Positions 1 through 9,285 of a DNA stretch of 59,705 bases are shown here, one piece after another. Origin of the DNA: Candidatus Bathyarchaeia archaeon (lineage in GTDB: Archaea; Thermoproteota; Bathyarchaeia; TCS64); NCBI GenBank assembly GCA_050014495.1, contig JBEKDF010000017.1, forward strand, positions 1-59,705, read 5' to 3'. The position numbers were made by a program, and so were the translations under genes. The notes beneath the pieces were generated by a model. It made no database searches and was not told the DNA's origin. It saw nothing but the letters and a program-made list of their open reading frames with translations. Each line of letters opens with the position of its first letter. Position 1 is the stretch's first letter.

Positions 1-1826
1 TTCGTCGAAGATACAGTTGCCCCCACTATGGGTTTACCACTGCTATCAAGGACAGTGACCTTGATTCCACTGGTTGTGGCGGTGGACTGGGGCTGAAGAG
101 TAATCGATAGCATTGCTGTGGACCCAGCACTAACGCTTATTGTTCCAGAGTTTGTCACGTAGCCGGCGATTGTGGCTCCGAATGTGTAGGAGCCAGGAGT
201 TATGTTGTTAAATGTTATAGATCCATCTGACTCTGATACTCCGCTTAGAGCACTCTGTCCACTCGGTGTACTCGTTGATGACACACTCGCTCCAACTATT
301 AGCATACCATTGCTGTCTGCGACCGTGATTTTGATTCCACCCGTGGTCAAAGGTTGGGTCACGGTGAATGATGCTGCTAGGCTGCTTGCACCGACGTGCT
401 GGGAGTCACCCGCCCATGAGGCCTGTACCGTCCATGACCCAGCTGCCGTCGGGGAATAGGTATCACTGTATTTTCCGTCGCTTCCAGTCGTCGCTATCCT
501 AGTGACGTCGGTTGAGCCCATTTTATACTCTATATTCACGGATGCCGCAGCTACCTGTGGGGTGATCCCTCCCGAGACTGATAGTGTATCCCCAACATTG
601 ATGCTGGTCTGCCCCGGGATGCATGTGATGCTGCTAGGCTGTTTGCTAGTCAGTGGGTTATCTTCACCCATCACCGTGCCCGATATTCTTCCAGACTGTG
701 TTGCGGGGATCTTTGTTAGCTTAAAGTTGACACCTGAAGTAGTGCTCCCCGTTGTGACCGAGACACCTGTCTTATTCTGTGGTTGGTATCCGGTTGCTGA
801 GACGTAGACCGTGTAGCTCCCCGTTGGGATCCCGCTTGAGATCTCATACACGCCATCGGAGCCTGAGGTGGCTTGGCCAGAACCGGCTGAGATGGTTGCT
901 CCGGCTATGGGGTTGTTGTTTGTGTCTGTGATTGTTCCCGTGATGGCTCCAGTTGGCTGAACCGTCACATTCAATGTAAGATTCACGTTAGGTGTCTCAT
1001 GGCCTGCCGTGGCCTCCACGTTTTGAACTTGGTTGAAGCTTGTCCCAGAAAAGGCAGTTACCATATAGGTACCTGAACCGAGGCCGCTCTCAATCTTATA
1101 GCTGCCATCTACCCCCGTTTTAGTGGAACCCAAATAGCCGCCACCGTCCGTGGAGATCGCGGTGACACTCACACCCGGTATCGGTATACCAGATGGACTC
1201 GTTACCTTGCCCGATATTGTTGCGGAGCTGCCAAGGGAGATGTTAACACCACTGGTCTCCACGCCGGCTGTGACGCTAACCCCGCTTATGGTCTTCGTGA
1301 AGTATCCTGTGGCTGAGGCCACTGTGACGTTATATACACCAGATTCTAGGTTGGTGATGATCTTATAGTTACCATTTGAGTCGGTTAAACCGAACCAGCC
1401 ATACCTACCTTTGCTGAAGGCCGTGACTGCTACGTTAGCTATGCCTGATCCCGTTGCAGAATCCGTGACTTTGCCGGATATTCCGCCGGAGCGTTTAAGG
1501 TTGAAGTTTACGTTACCAGTCTCGGCCCCGACAGTTACGGAGATTCCTCCAACATTCTGGCTTATGTAGCCCTCAGCGATCGTGCTTACGTTGTAGATGC
1601 CCGTCTTCAGGCCCTGCGTTATTACGTAGTTTCCATTGGGCATTGTGAAGTTGGAGCCGTTCCCAGCTTGGCTGGTTGCAACCATTATTGCCCCGGAGAC
1701 GGGGGAGTCGGGGTTTGCGATGGCACCGAGCATCATTGGGGAATACCCAATTTGAGCGGTTAAGCCGAGAATCACAAGTAGTGCGATTATGTGAGACCCT
1801 TTTCGTTTATTCGGATTGTCTATCAT
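1..1826 (-). CDS. Secreted/surface protein with repeated carboxypeptidase-regulatory-like (CnaB/Ig) domains; 3' end runs off the window
   Basis: Hand-translated minus frame from ATG 1826: MIDNPNKRKGSHIIALLVILGLTAQIG (signal-like), then repeats such as ISGKVTDSATGSGIANVAV...TDSNGNYKIITNLESGVYNVTV. The frame is still in phase at position 3. It is absent from the ORF track because no stop lies in the window. Confidence 0.85.
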   Translation of the reverse strand, partial: MIDNPNKRKGSHIIALLVILGLTAQIGYSPMMLGAIANPDSPVSGAIMVATSQAGNGSNFTMPNGNYVITQGLKTGIYNVSTIAEGYISQNVGGISVTVGAETGNVNFNLKRSGGISGKVTDSATGSGIANVAVTAFSKGRYGWFGLTDSNGNYKIITNLESGVYNVTVASATGYFTKTISGVSVTAGVETSGVNISLGSSATISGKVTSPSGIPIPGVSVTAISTDGGGYLGSTKTGVDGSYKIESGLGSGTYMVTAFSGTSFNQVQNVEATAGHETPNVNLTLNVTVQPTGAITGTITDTNNNPIAGATISAGSGQATSGSDGVYEISSGIPTGSYTVYVSATGYQPQNKTGVSVTTGSTTSGVNFKLTKIPATQSGRISGTVMGEDNPLTSKQPSSITCIPGQTSINVGDTLSVSGGITPQVAAASVNIEYKMGSTDVTRIATTGSDGKYSDTYSPTAAGSWTVQASWAGDSQHVGASSLAASFTVTQPLTTGGIKITVADSNGMLIVGASVSSTSTPSGQSALSGVSESDGSITFNNITPGSYTFGATIAGYVTNSGTISVSAGSTAMLSITLQPQSTATTSGIKVTVLDSSGKPIVGATVSST

Positions 1827-1945
1827 TACTCATCACTGGGTTCGGGGTGGGAATGGAGAATATTAAATGTATAACTGTTTTTCGTTATCGCGACGTACGC
1901 ACACGCGAGACGACTCGGAAGCTGTTAAGAAGGTTAAGGAATTAT

Positions 1946-2458
1946 TCACGTGCCCAACGGTAGGCGGATCTGCAGTTTTACGTCTTTGTTTACGTCGAAG
2001 CCGCTTACGTCGAGTTTTGCCTTGAGGAACCATTCCGTTCTATTATTATAGCCCGGCCCTAAGGCGTTGATTATGGGTCCGACCGTCTCTATTACATTAA
2101 CAGCTTTCCCCAGAGTACTGTTAGCATCTATCTGTGGTCCCTGATATGCTGGTAAGGTGAATTTGAAGGGATAATCCAATGCCTTACCCGAGGGGTATTC
2201 CTTCTCCGAGTCTAATATGATGGTTTGACTGTTTATTGTGCGTGTTACGGGGACTGTCTGGTTTCCTCTGCGCTCGTGCGTCGTTTCCTGCTCCAGTAGA
2301 GTTATGGAGACCCCCTTGGCCTGTTGTGGCTTTTTAAGCTCTAAAGTCACCGTTCCCTCGATTATCTCCCCAAAGGCGTAGCCCGTTCGGGGTATCAGGA
2401 TCTCCATCTTTCCCTTCATGAAACCAAACATAGAGGATCGATTTTTCTTCAAACCCAC
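1946..2458 (-). CDS. Arrestin/Vps26/SpoOM-like Ig-fold protein (start may be ATG 2431)
   Basis: GYAFGEIIEGTVTLELKKP...YPFKFTLP...WFLKAKLDV matches the arrestin-N-like pattern. Confidence 0.65.
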   Translation of the reverse strand: MGLKKNRSSMFGFMKGKMEILIPRTGYAFGEIIEGTVTLELKKPQQAKGVSITLLEQETTHERRGNQTVPVTRTINSQTIILDSEKEYPSGKALDYPFKFTLPAYQGPQIDANSTLGKAVNVIETVGPIINALGPGYNNRTEWFLKAKLDVSGFDVNKDVKLQIRLPLGT

Positions 2459-2586
2459 CGGATATTAATAATTATGGTCAGATATCATTAAAACAGTTAG
2501 TTGTTTAGGAAAAAAATTTGAAATGTGGTCGTGCTGGCCTCAATTTTCTTATCCTCAGCTTCACCTGACTCTCGCGCGCACATTAT

Positions 2587-2667
2587 TTAGGAATTTACTA
2601 ATACTTTTGGTTTGGAGGATTTACCTCGTCTAATGATAATTGATATGGCTACCATTATGATGATGAT
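2587..2667 (-). pseudogene. Orphan 3' fragment encoding a C-terminal membrane anchor
   Basis: IIIIMVAISIIIRRGKSSKPKVLVNS* lies between tracts CGCGCGC (2573-2579) and TGCGCATGCGCA (2668-2679); the upstream part of the ORF is not protein-like. Confidence 0.45.
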
Positions 2668-2827
2668 TGCGCATGCGCATTGTACGTGAAATTTTTGGGT
2701 TTTCACTTTTCTATTTATGATATAGTATTGGTTTATTTCGGAATTTTTCTTTTGCGTGCTATCTTCCATAAAAACTTAAGAATCAGTTCACAATAAGTTG
2801 AAACTGAGAAAGGAAGGAGAATGAAAT

Positions 2828-4318
2828 ATGAATAAAAGACAAATTGTTAGCTTCACTTTGCTAGCCTCTCTATTGCTTTTCTCTTACATCGCAGTCCCGA
2901 TTACCACAAATGCGCAAAATTTAACCAAAGATAATAGTGGGGGATGGGAATATATTGTAAAACCGATAGCTGTCAACTTCGCCAGATATGGAGGAACAGG
3001 TTTTCTGTACAACACGGTGGTTGAGCTTCGTAATGCCTACGACTTGAACCCACTCTATACAGGAGGATACGATGGAAGCGGCCAGACAGTTGTCATAGTC
3101 GACGCCTATGGAAGCCCCACGATCTATCAAGACTTACTCTCGTTCATACAGTTGCAGAACACCGCCACTTACTACGGGGCAAACCTGCCCTGGACGACCC
3201 TGGCTGATGTGCAAAGCCACTTGCACATAATCTATCCCCTTGGAAAGCCAACCTTCAACATAGTAGCCAAAGAGCTATCCGACCCTGACAGCAGGTCTAA
3301 CAAGTTGATCGGCTGGAGCGAGGAGACCACGCTTGACGTTTGCACGGTGCATGCAATAGCCCCCGGAGCAAACATTGATTTGGTCATTGCTCCAGACGCT
3401 GGCGGAAACAGCCTCAACCTCTGTGTTAACTACGCCATCACCAACCATTTAGGATGCGTGATTTCCCAAAGCTATGGCATACCGGAATACCTGCTGCATG
3501 GCAACAATGGCCAAATAATGCAGGCTGATAAAATCTACCAGTTAGCCGCTCAATCATCTTACAGCATTACCGTGTTTGCCTCTTCGGGAGATGGCGGAGC
3601 CACAAACGGCGGGCCATTCAACAACGCTCTATTCCCAGCTTCAGATCCCTACGTCACAGGAGCCGGAGGAACAAATCTATTCATGACGCGTAACGATGGC
3701 TACGAAGAAGGAACGGGAAAATGGGCCAATCGCGACCCAGGGCGAACACTCCCTGGAGTCACGTACAACTATGAGATCGACGGAAACGATTACGAAGCCA
3801 TGGTTGCTGATGGGTACACACCTCCATATGACGCCGTTACAGCAGGCGGCGCCATGAGTTCGTTATTCGCACTGCCCTCTTGGCAATCCGGAATAACCCT
3901 AACCGACACAAACAAGATTACGACCACTCCCACTGGGCGATGCACATCGGATGTCTCCTATGACAGCGGTGTCTACGGTGGCCTAGGACCCATACCCTAT
4001 ACTGCATATCCCCCATTAGCAGGCGCCTACATCATCGGAGGCACTAGCGCATGCTCACCATTCTGGGCTGCACTGACATCTATCGTTTGCCAATATGCTG
4101 GGCACAACTTGGGATACATCAACCCGAGTCTCTATGCATACTATTTCAGCGGAAAAGCCTACACTTCAGGCGCTTTCCACGACATAACATTAGACGACAA
4201 CACATATCCTACAGGTAACACGATACGGGGCTACAAGGCAACCACAGGCTGGGACGCAGCCACAGGCATAGGCAGCCCTGACGCTAACATCCTTGTTCCA
4301 ATTATGGCAGCCTGGTGA
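2828..4318 (+). CDS. Secreted S53 (sedolisin/kumamolisin) family peptidase
   Basis: Signal peptide; EETTLD (catalytic E/D), ASSGDGG oxyanion motif, GGTSACSP nucleophile, GWDAATGIGSP C-terminal motif. Confidence 0.9.
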   Translation: MNKRQIVSFTLLASLLLFSYIAVPITTNAQNLTKDNSGGWEYIVKPIAVNFARYGGTGFLYNTVVELRNAYDLNPLYTGGYDGSGQTVVIVDAYGSPTIYQDLLSFIQLQNTATYYGANLPWTTLADVQSHLHIIYPLGKPTFNIVAKELSDPDSRSNKLIGWSEETTLDVCTVHAIAPGANIDLVIAPDAGGNSLNLCVNYAITNHLGCVISQSYGIPEYLLHGNNGQIMQADKIYQLAAQSSYSITVFASSGDGGATNGGPFNNALFPASDPYVTGAGGTNLFMTRNDGYEEGTGKWANRDPGRTLPGVTYNYEIDGNDYEAMVADGYTPPYDAVTAGGAMSSLFALPSWQSGITLTDTNKITTTPTGRCTSDVSYDSGVYGGLGPIPYTAYPPLAGAYIIGGTSACSPFWAALTSIVCQYAGHNLGYINPSLYAYYFSGKAYTSGAFHDITLDDNTYPTGNTIRGYKATTGWDAATGIGSPDANILVPIMAAW

Positions 4319-4406
4319 AGGTGTTAGAACCACCCAACCACCTTCCACTTTTTTTGTTCGCGCGCGTGGGGAATAAAACTATGGAGGATCGAGCGCGCGA
4401 TCACGC

Positions 4407-5195
4407 TCATCTACCTTTGAAGACTATGCTCTCTCCCCTTATGACCGCTGCTAGACCCAGCCTAGCGTCCTCGGTGGCATTGACGATCCTCGCCACCTCG
4501 GCTTCCTTCACCCGAGCCTCCGCGAGGTTGATGTAGATTGCGTTGCGGACGCATTCCTTATAGTAGCGTACAGCGATGGGCGCAGCCGTGGACATCTTTT
4601 TTGCTATGGTAAGACCGATCTCATCCACCTGGTCATCGGGTACAACCTTACTCACTAGGCCCAGTTCGTATGCCTGCCTGCCGTTGAAGCCCTCGTTGAG
4701 GAACATGTAGTCCATTACCTTGTTCCTGCCGATCCAGATTGGCAGGCGGAGGCTGCTCATACCCCAGGAGCCGACCATCCCGTAGTATATGTCGCCGTCG
4801 TGGATGTTGAAGTTCTCCCCGACGATCCGTATGTCGAAGGAGCTGAAGACTGCGGTCGAGCCGCCGAGACAGGTGCCGCGGGCTGCGACCAGTGTCGGTT
4901 TGAGGTAGCCATCGATCCTCTCAACGATCCTGCCACCCAGCTCCGAGAATGACGCCTTAACCTCGTTCTCACCGGCGAGGTCCTTCTTGATGTCGTCGAC
5001 GCCTGCGCCAACGGAGAAATCTTTACCGGTGCTTTTGAGCATGACCGCCCGTATTTCGTCGTCCTTCTCGAATTGGTCTAGTACATCCAGGATTTCATAG
5101 ATCATTCTCTTGCTAAACCCATTCCGCGGGGGATCGTCGAGGGTGATAACGCCCACTCGCTCAATCTTCGTCACCTTGATTTTTGTATAATCCAT
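4407..5195 (-). CDS. Enoyl-CoA hydratase/isomerase (crotonase) family protein
   Basis: VITLDDPPRN, FSVGAGV, KPTLVAARG.CLGG, AYELGLVSKVV, TEDARLG crotonase motifs. Confidence 0.9.
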   Translation of the reverse strand: MDYTKIKVTKIERVGVITLDDPPRNGFSKRMIYEILDVLDQFEKDDEIRAVMLKSTGKDFSVGAGVDDIKKDLAGENEVKASFSELGGRIVERIDGYLKPTLVAARGTCLGGSTAVFSSFDIRIVGENFNIHDGDIYYGMVGSWGMSSLRLPIWIGRNKVMDYMFLNEGFNGRQAYELGLVSKVVPDDQVDEIGLTIAKKMSTAAPIAVRYYKECVRNAIYINLAEARVKEAEVARIVNATEDARLGLAAVIRGESIVFKGR

Positions 5196-5292
5196 ACAAT
5201 CACCTACCTAAGTGATCAGTGACCTACTTTTATTTCCAATTTTTCGTCTAATCACGCGTGCGAGTTGGGGATAAGACTATGGTGCGCGCGCG

Positions 5293-5400
5293 AATAGCTG
5301 GGCCTCCTCGTTGATCAGCGTCTCGAGCGTCTGGTGTTCCCCGTTTCTGATCCTCTTGACTTCGACCGTTCTCGAAGAACTCGTTAAGCTCCTCGAGGAA
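5293..5400 (-). pseudogene. Frameshifted gene fragment resembling the C-terminus of archaeal solo Cas1
   Basis: FLEELNEFFE/fs/TVEVKRIRNGEHQTLETLINEEAQLFA, bounded by (CG)n tracts at 5283-5292 and 5401-5407; the Cas1 resemblance is from recall, not a search. Confidence 0.5.
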
Positions 5401-5675
5401 CGCGCGCATTAGCATGATTACCCCGATTGTGCGGAAATATAATGAAGCCGTCGTCGGTTGAGAGTAGCTTGCAATTTATTATTAAATACGTCGCGTGCTG
5501 TAACTAGTTATTGAAGGTACAGGGGTGCTGTTTTGAGGGAAATCTGTCGTGTATCTTTGTGGCGTGTCTTCCATTTGGGAAATGTTTTGGATGTGCCATC
5601 CTCGGGGACGCGTGCGTGGTGGCCTCCAGGGGTTACGCTGGACACGACTAAACATGGTTTGGAGGAGAATTACAG

Positions 5676-8600
5676 ATGAAGGTTGGGGCAGTACTGCTAG
5701 TGACTCTGCTTTTGGTGGGATCTCTAAGCGGGATCGCGCGCGCTGGATACACTCAGCCTCCAGGCTTGGTTGGCTACTGGAATTTTGATCAAGGCTCAGG
5801 TACAATAGCCCAAGACGGCTCCGGCTACAACAATCAAGGAACTATATATGGTGCTTCTTGGACGAGCGGGAAAGTAAATGGCGCCTTGAACTTTAATGGA
5901 CTTAATAATTATGTTGATTGTGGAAATAATGAGATACTCGACCCGGTTCAAGGAGCAACTATCGAGGCGTGGGTTTATTTTAATCAGTTACCATCTGTTG
6001 CAAATCATATCATGGCAATCGCAGGTAGATCTGGCAATGGTAGAGACTTGGACCTACAAACGGAGACTGACAACAGATTCAAATTTTATGTTGGTCCAGG
6101 AGTTCCAAATGTTGCTGTATCGAATACCGTAGTTGAGACTAATAAGTGGTATCACATTGTAGGAACGTACCTAGCTAATAACTATATTAAAATCTACGTT
6201 AATGGTGTATTAGAAAAAACAACTTTAATAAGTATAACCAGAAATACAAATGGAGATAGATTTTTTATAGGACAAAGTTGTGTTTTTCCCGGAAGATTTT
6301 TCAATGGCATAATAGACGAGGTTAAAATTTACAATAGAGCCTTGTCTGCTGAGGAGGTTGTGGCTGAATACACACAATCACACGCGCTATCTCCTCCGAT
6401 ACTTAGTAGCTCCAATGAGGTTACGGGGGAACCCGTTGAGGCGACCGGACCAGCAGGCGCAGTGCCTGCGAATACAACTGTCCAGCTCTACTGGGACACA
6501 ACCACAGGCGCCTGGGATGGCGCTAAGGGCCTCATGAACTCAACCACCGCTGATGCGAGTGGTGCCTACGAGGTCTGGTTCACCGTCCCTGAGGCCACCT
6601 TCGGTACACACCAAGTCTGGGTGAAGGACGCTGACGGCAACACCGCTTCCGCGGCCTTCACTATGCATACTGATAACGAGAACAGCCCCGAAAGTGGAGC
6701 ACCTGGTGACACAATTACAGGAACATTCTACGGGTTCCACGCCACGAAGAACCTCGCAGCCATACTATCAACCGCTAACCCACCTGTGTCGACTGCGGTA
6801 TTCAATGAAGTGCTTGCAATGCCTGACGGTGTGGCGACTGAGTTCAAAGGAACACTCTCACACAGGTATTTAGACCATTATGGCATATTATTCAAAACTA
6901 ATGGTGTGCAACAAGCATATGATGATGGTGGTGGTAACATAGTTGACTCCGGTGGACCATTAACGGCCTCCGGAACCATAGATTACGTGACCGGTGCATA
7001 CGACATCATCTTTACTACTCCACCACCATCCCTGCCAATCGGACTCACTATAGACTACAGATACTATGGCACTAGCTCCGCTCCTGGTTCCACACTGTTC
7101 GATCTTGGATCAGGTGTAACCAACAGTGTTGGATCAGCCGTCATTACTTGGAAGGTCCCAACTAATGTCGCCATCTCAGGCAATAACAACGTCTTCACTG
7201 TAGAATCTGGAGGCTTAATGAACAACATAGACTTCAGGATAATGGGAATCCAATTGAGCTCCAGCTCGGGCCCAACCGGTGAGACCATCACTCTAACAGG
7301 AAATGGTTTTAGTCCAGATGAGGACTGGAACGCCTCAATCGGCTCAAAGACCCTTGGGACTGGCAAGGTCAGCGCCGCTGGCCTGCTTCAGGGTGGAAGC
7401 GGCCTACTTATCCCATACGGCCTCTCCCCAGGAGCATACACGATCACAGTTCTAGACATTGACTCAGATACTGAAACTTCTGCACAGTTTATAGTCACAT
7501 ATGGAACTTCGATTACTGTGAACCCAGACGCTGGGCCAAACAACTATAATGTCACTATTTCTGGAAAGGGTTTTAGCTATCTGGCAATTGGCCCATCTGA
7601 TCTAACCTTCAAACTATACAACAAGACTACCACAGGTGCAACAGACTCCACTTGGGATATGGATGTCAAACAGAACTGGCTGGTTAATGGTCCGATCACT
7701 GCAACGGTGAACAGCCTAGGCATAGTCAGAGCCTACTGGATCGTGCCTGGTTCAGATAAGCTTGGAACCGGAACATACTACATCAACGCTACCGACGCCG
7801 ACGACTACTCAGCTCAAGCCACATTCAAAGTGCTCCCCAAGCACGTTGTTGCGACACCTAGAAATGCGACTTTCGCTAGGGGTGACACGATCACATTCCA
7901 GTTAGAAGACACTTACAAAACTGCACCTGTAGATGGAAGTGTGATTAAGATCTATGATCCTAGTGGTAGTCCGGTCTTCAGCGGCGATAAACTGGATTCT
8001 GCGAAGTGGATCAAGACTGGACTCTGGTACACATTACCATACTCTGCTCAGACGGCAAGCGGCAACCCGATGGTGATCCCAGACGGTGCTCCTCTCGGTA
8101 TATGGTCCTTCAAGTGGGTCGGTACCGATAGCAAGGACATCGCCGCTGGGACCTTCACGGTCGCGCGCGCGAGAGTTGAGACAGCCTATCGGAGTCTTCA
8201 ACCCACTGTAAACAACGAGATTAATTCAGCCAACTATTCGAGCCCAGACGCTAAGGTACTTATAGATCAGGCTCAGAGCGCATATCAGCAAGCTGCAACC
8301 TTAGCCGATCAGGGAAAATTCCAGGACGCGGTAACCGATCTTAACTCTGCCTCTGATTTGCTGAGTAGAGCCCAAACATCGGAGAACACCTATCAAACAG
8401 CATATGATTCCTATCAATCGCTTCTCCAATCCGTTCAGACAAAGCTCAATCAAGCAACGGGTGCGGGTTATAAGAGCACGGATGCGCAATCACTTCTGAG
8501 TCAAGCACAAACCTACATTTCACAAGCAGCTAACTCGACTAAACGTGGTCAGTTGCAGGACGCAAATAATAAATTGACGTCGGCCTCGAACCTTCTCGAT

Positions 8601-8789
8601 CAGGCTGCTGCTGCTGAGAAGTCGTACGTTCCTAACTCAGCGAGTGGGGGCATCCCCGGGTTCCCTATTGAGGTTGTGTTCCTTGGAACAATGCTTGCGA
8701 TTCTCTTGCTTGCTCTATGGAGAAGAAACTCGCGTGCGCGAACCCGATTGAGCTTCCAACCCTATCCCGTTGATGGATCTCAGGGTTAA
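5676..8789 (+). CDS. Mosaic cell-surface protein: signal peptide, LamG/concanavalin-like domain, S-layer-like Ig domains, two helical repeats, PGF-type membrane anchor
   Basis: GLVGYWNFDQGSG...WYHIVGTY...FNGIIDEVKIYNRALS (LamG3); GGIPGFP plus TM helix plus RR at the C-terminus. Confidence 0.9.
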   Translation: MKVGAVLLVTLLLVGSLSGIARAGYTQPPGLVGYWNFDQGSGTIAQDGSGYNNQGTIYGASWTSGKVNGALNFNGLNNYVDCGNNEILDPVQGATIEAWVYFNQLPSVANHIMAIAGRSGNGRDLDLQTETDNRFKFYVGPGVPNVAVSNTVVETNKWYHIVGTYLANNYIKIYVNGVLEKTTLISITRNTNGDRFFIGQSCVFPGRFFNGIIDEVKIYNRALSAEEVVAEYTQSHALSPPILSSSNEVTGEPVEATGPAGAVPANTTVQLYWDTTTGAWDGAKGLMNSTTADASGAYEVWFTVPEATFGTHQVWVKDADGNTASAAFTMHTDNENSPESGAPGDTITGTFYGFHATKNLAAILSTANPPVSTAVFNEVLAMPDGVATEFKGTLSHRYLDHYGILFKTNGVQQAYDDGGGNIVDSGGPLTASGTIDYVTGAYDIIFTTPPPSLPIGLTIDYRYYGTSSAPGSTLFDLGSGVTNSVGSAVITWKVPTNVAISGNNNVFTVESGGLMNNIDFRIMGIQLSSSSGPTGETITLTGNGFSPDEDWNASIGSKTLGTGKVSAAGLLQGGSGLLIPYGLSPGAYTITVLDIDSDTETSAQFIVTYGTSITVNPDAGPNNYNVTISGKGFSYLAIGPSDLTFKLYNKTTTGATDSTWDMDVKQNWLVNGPITATVNSLGIVRAYWIVPGSDKLGTGTYYINATDADDYSAQATFKVLPKHVVATPRNATFARGDTITFQLEDTYKTAPVDGSVIKIYDPSGSPVFSGDKLDSAKWIKTGLWYTLPYSAQTASGNPMVIPDGAPLGIWSFKWVGTDSKDIAAGTFTVARARVETAYRSLQPTVNNEINSANYSSPDAKVLIDQAQSAYQQAATLADQGKFQDAVTDLNSASDLLSRAQTSENTYQTAYDSYQSLLQSVQTKLNQATGAGYKSTDAQSLLSQAQTYISQAANSTKRGQLQDANNKLTSASNLLDQAAAAEKSYVPNSASGGIPGFPIEVVFLGTMLAILLLALWRRNSRARTRLSFQPYPVDGSQG

Positions 8790-8954
8790 TCGCGCGCGCC
8801 TCATGGTAGGTCTGCTGGTTTGAAGCTGCCTCGAAGCAATTCGCTCGCGAAGTCATTGGACTTCACTAGCCAATATTCATGACGGCTAGAAGTCATTTAT
8901 CAAGCGCGCGCTGTTGAGGAAGGGATCTGTAAAAAGAGTTTGAGGAGAGCTTCA

Positions 8955-9194
8955 CTAAAGTAGCCCAAGTAACAATATGCCCAGTCCAAGACCGATAACT
9001 AATCCACTTATAAAACCGCCTAAACTCTTACTCTTAAAAACACCAACAAAGGTGATTACGAGACCACCTATAATTACAATACTAACGTATTGACCGAGAT
9101 CTGTGGGAGTTACGAAATCCATTAAAAGAAAACCGGGGATGGAGCCTATAAATAATCCACTCAAAAAATGTGGCATTTGTATTCTAAACTTCAT
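8955..9194 (-). CDS. Small membrane protein (about 3 TM helices)
   Basis: 79 aa, hydrophobic and Gly-rich, ATG start. Confidence 0.65.
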   Translation of the reverse strand: MKFRIQMPHFLSGLFIGSIPGFLLMDFVTPTDLGQYVSIVIIGGLVITFVGVFKSKSLGGFISGLVIGLGLGILLLGLL

Positions 9195-9285
9195 TTTTAT
9201 AAAGAGTCATATAGGGTTTTCGTGCGAGCGCATGACTGCTTGACTTTTAATAACTGATGGTGGATGGCATAGAATAGGGGTTACT

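Noticed and set aside
202..1368. Plus-strand ORFs 202-459, 502-807 and 1150-1368
   Set aside because: Antisense shadows of the long minus-strand surface-protein gene.
1889..1912. gcgagacg resembling the IS110 end next to an alternating tract
   Set aside because: Only an 8-nt match, too short to call an IS footprint.
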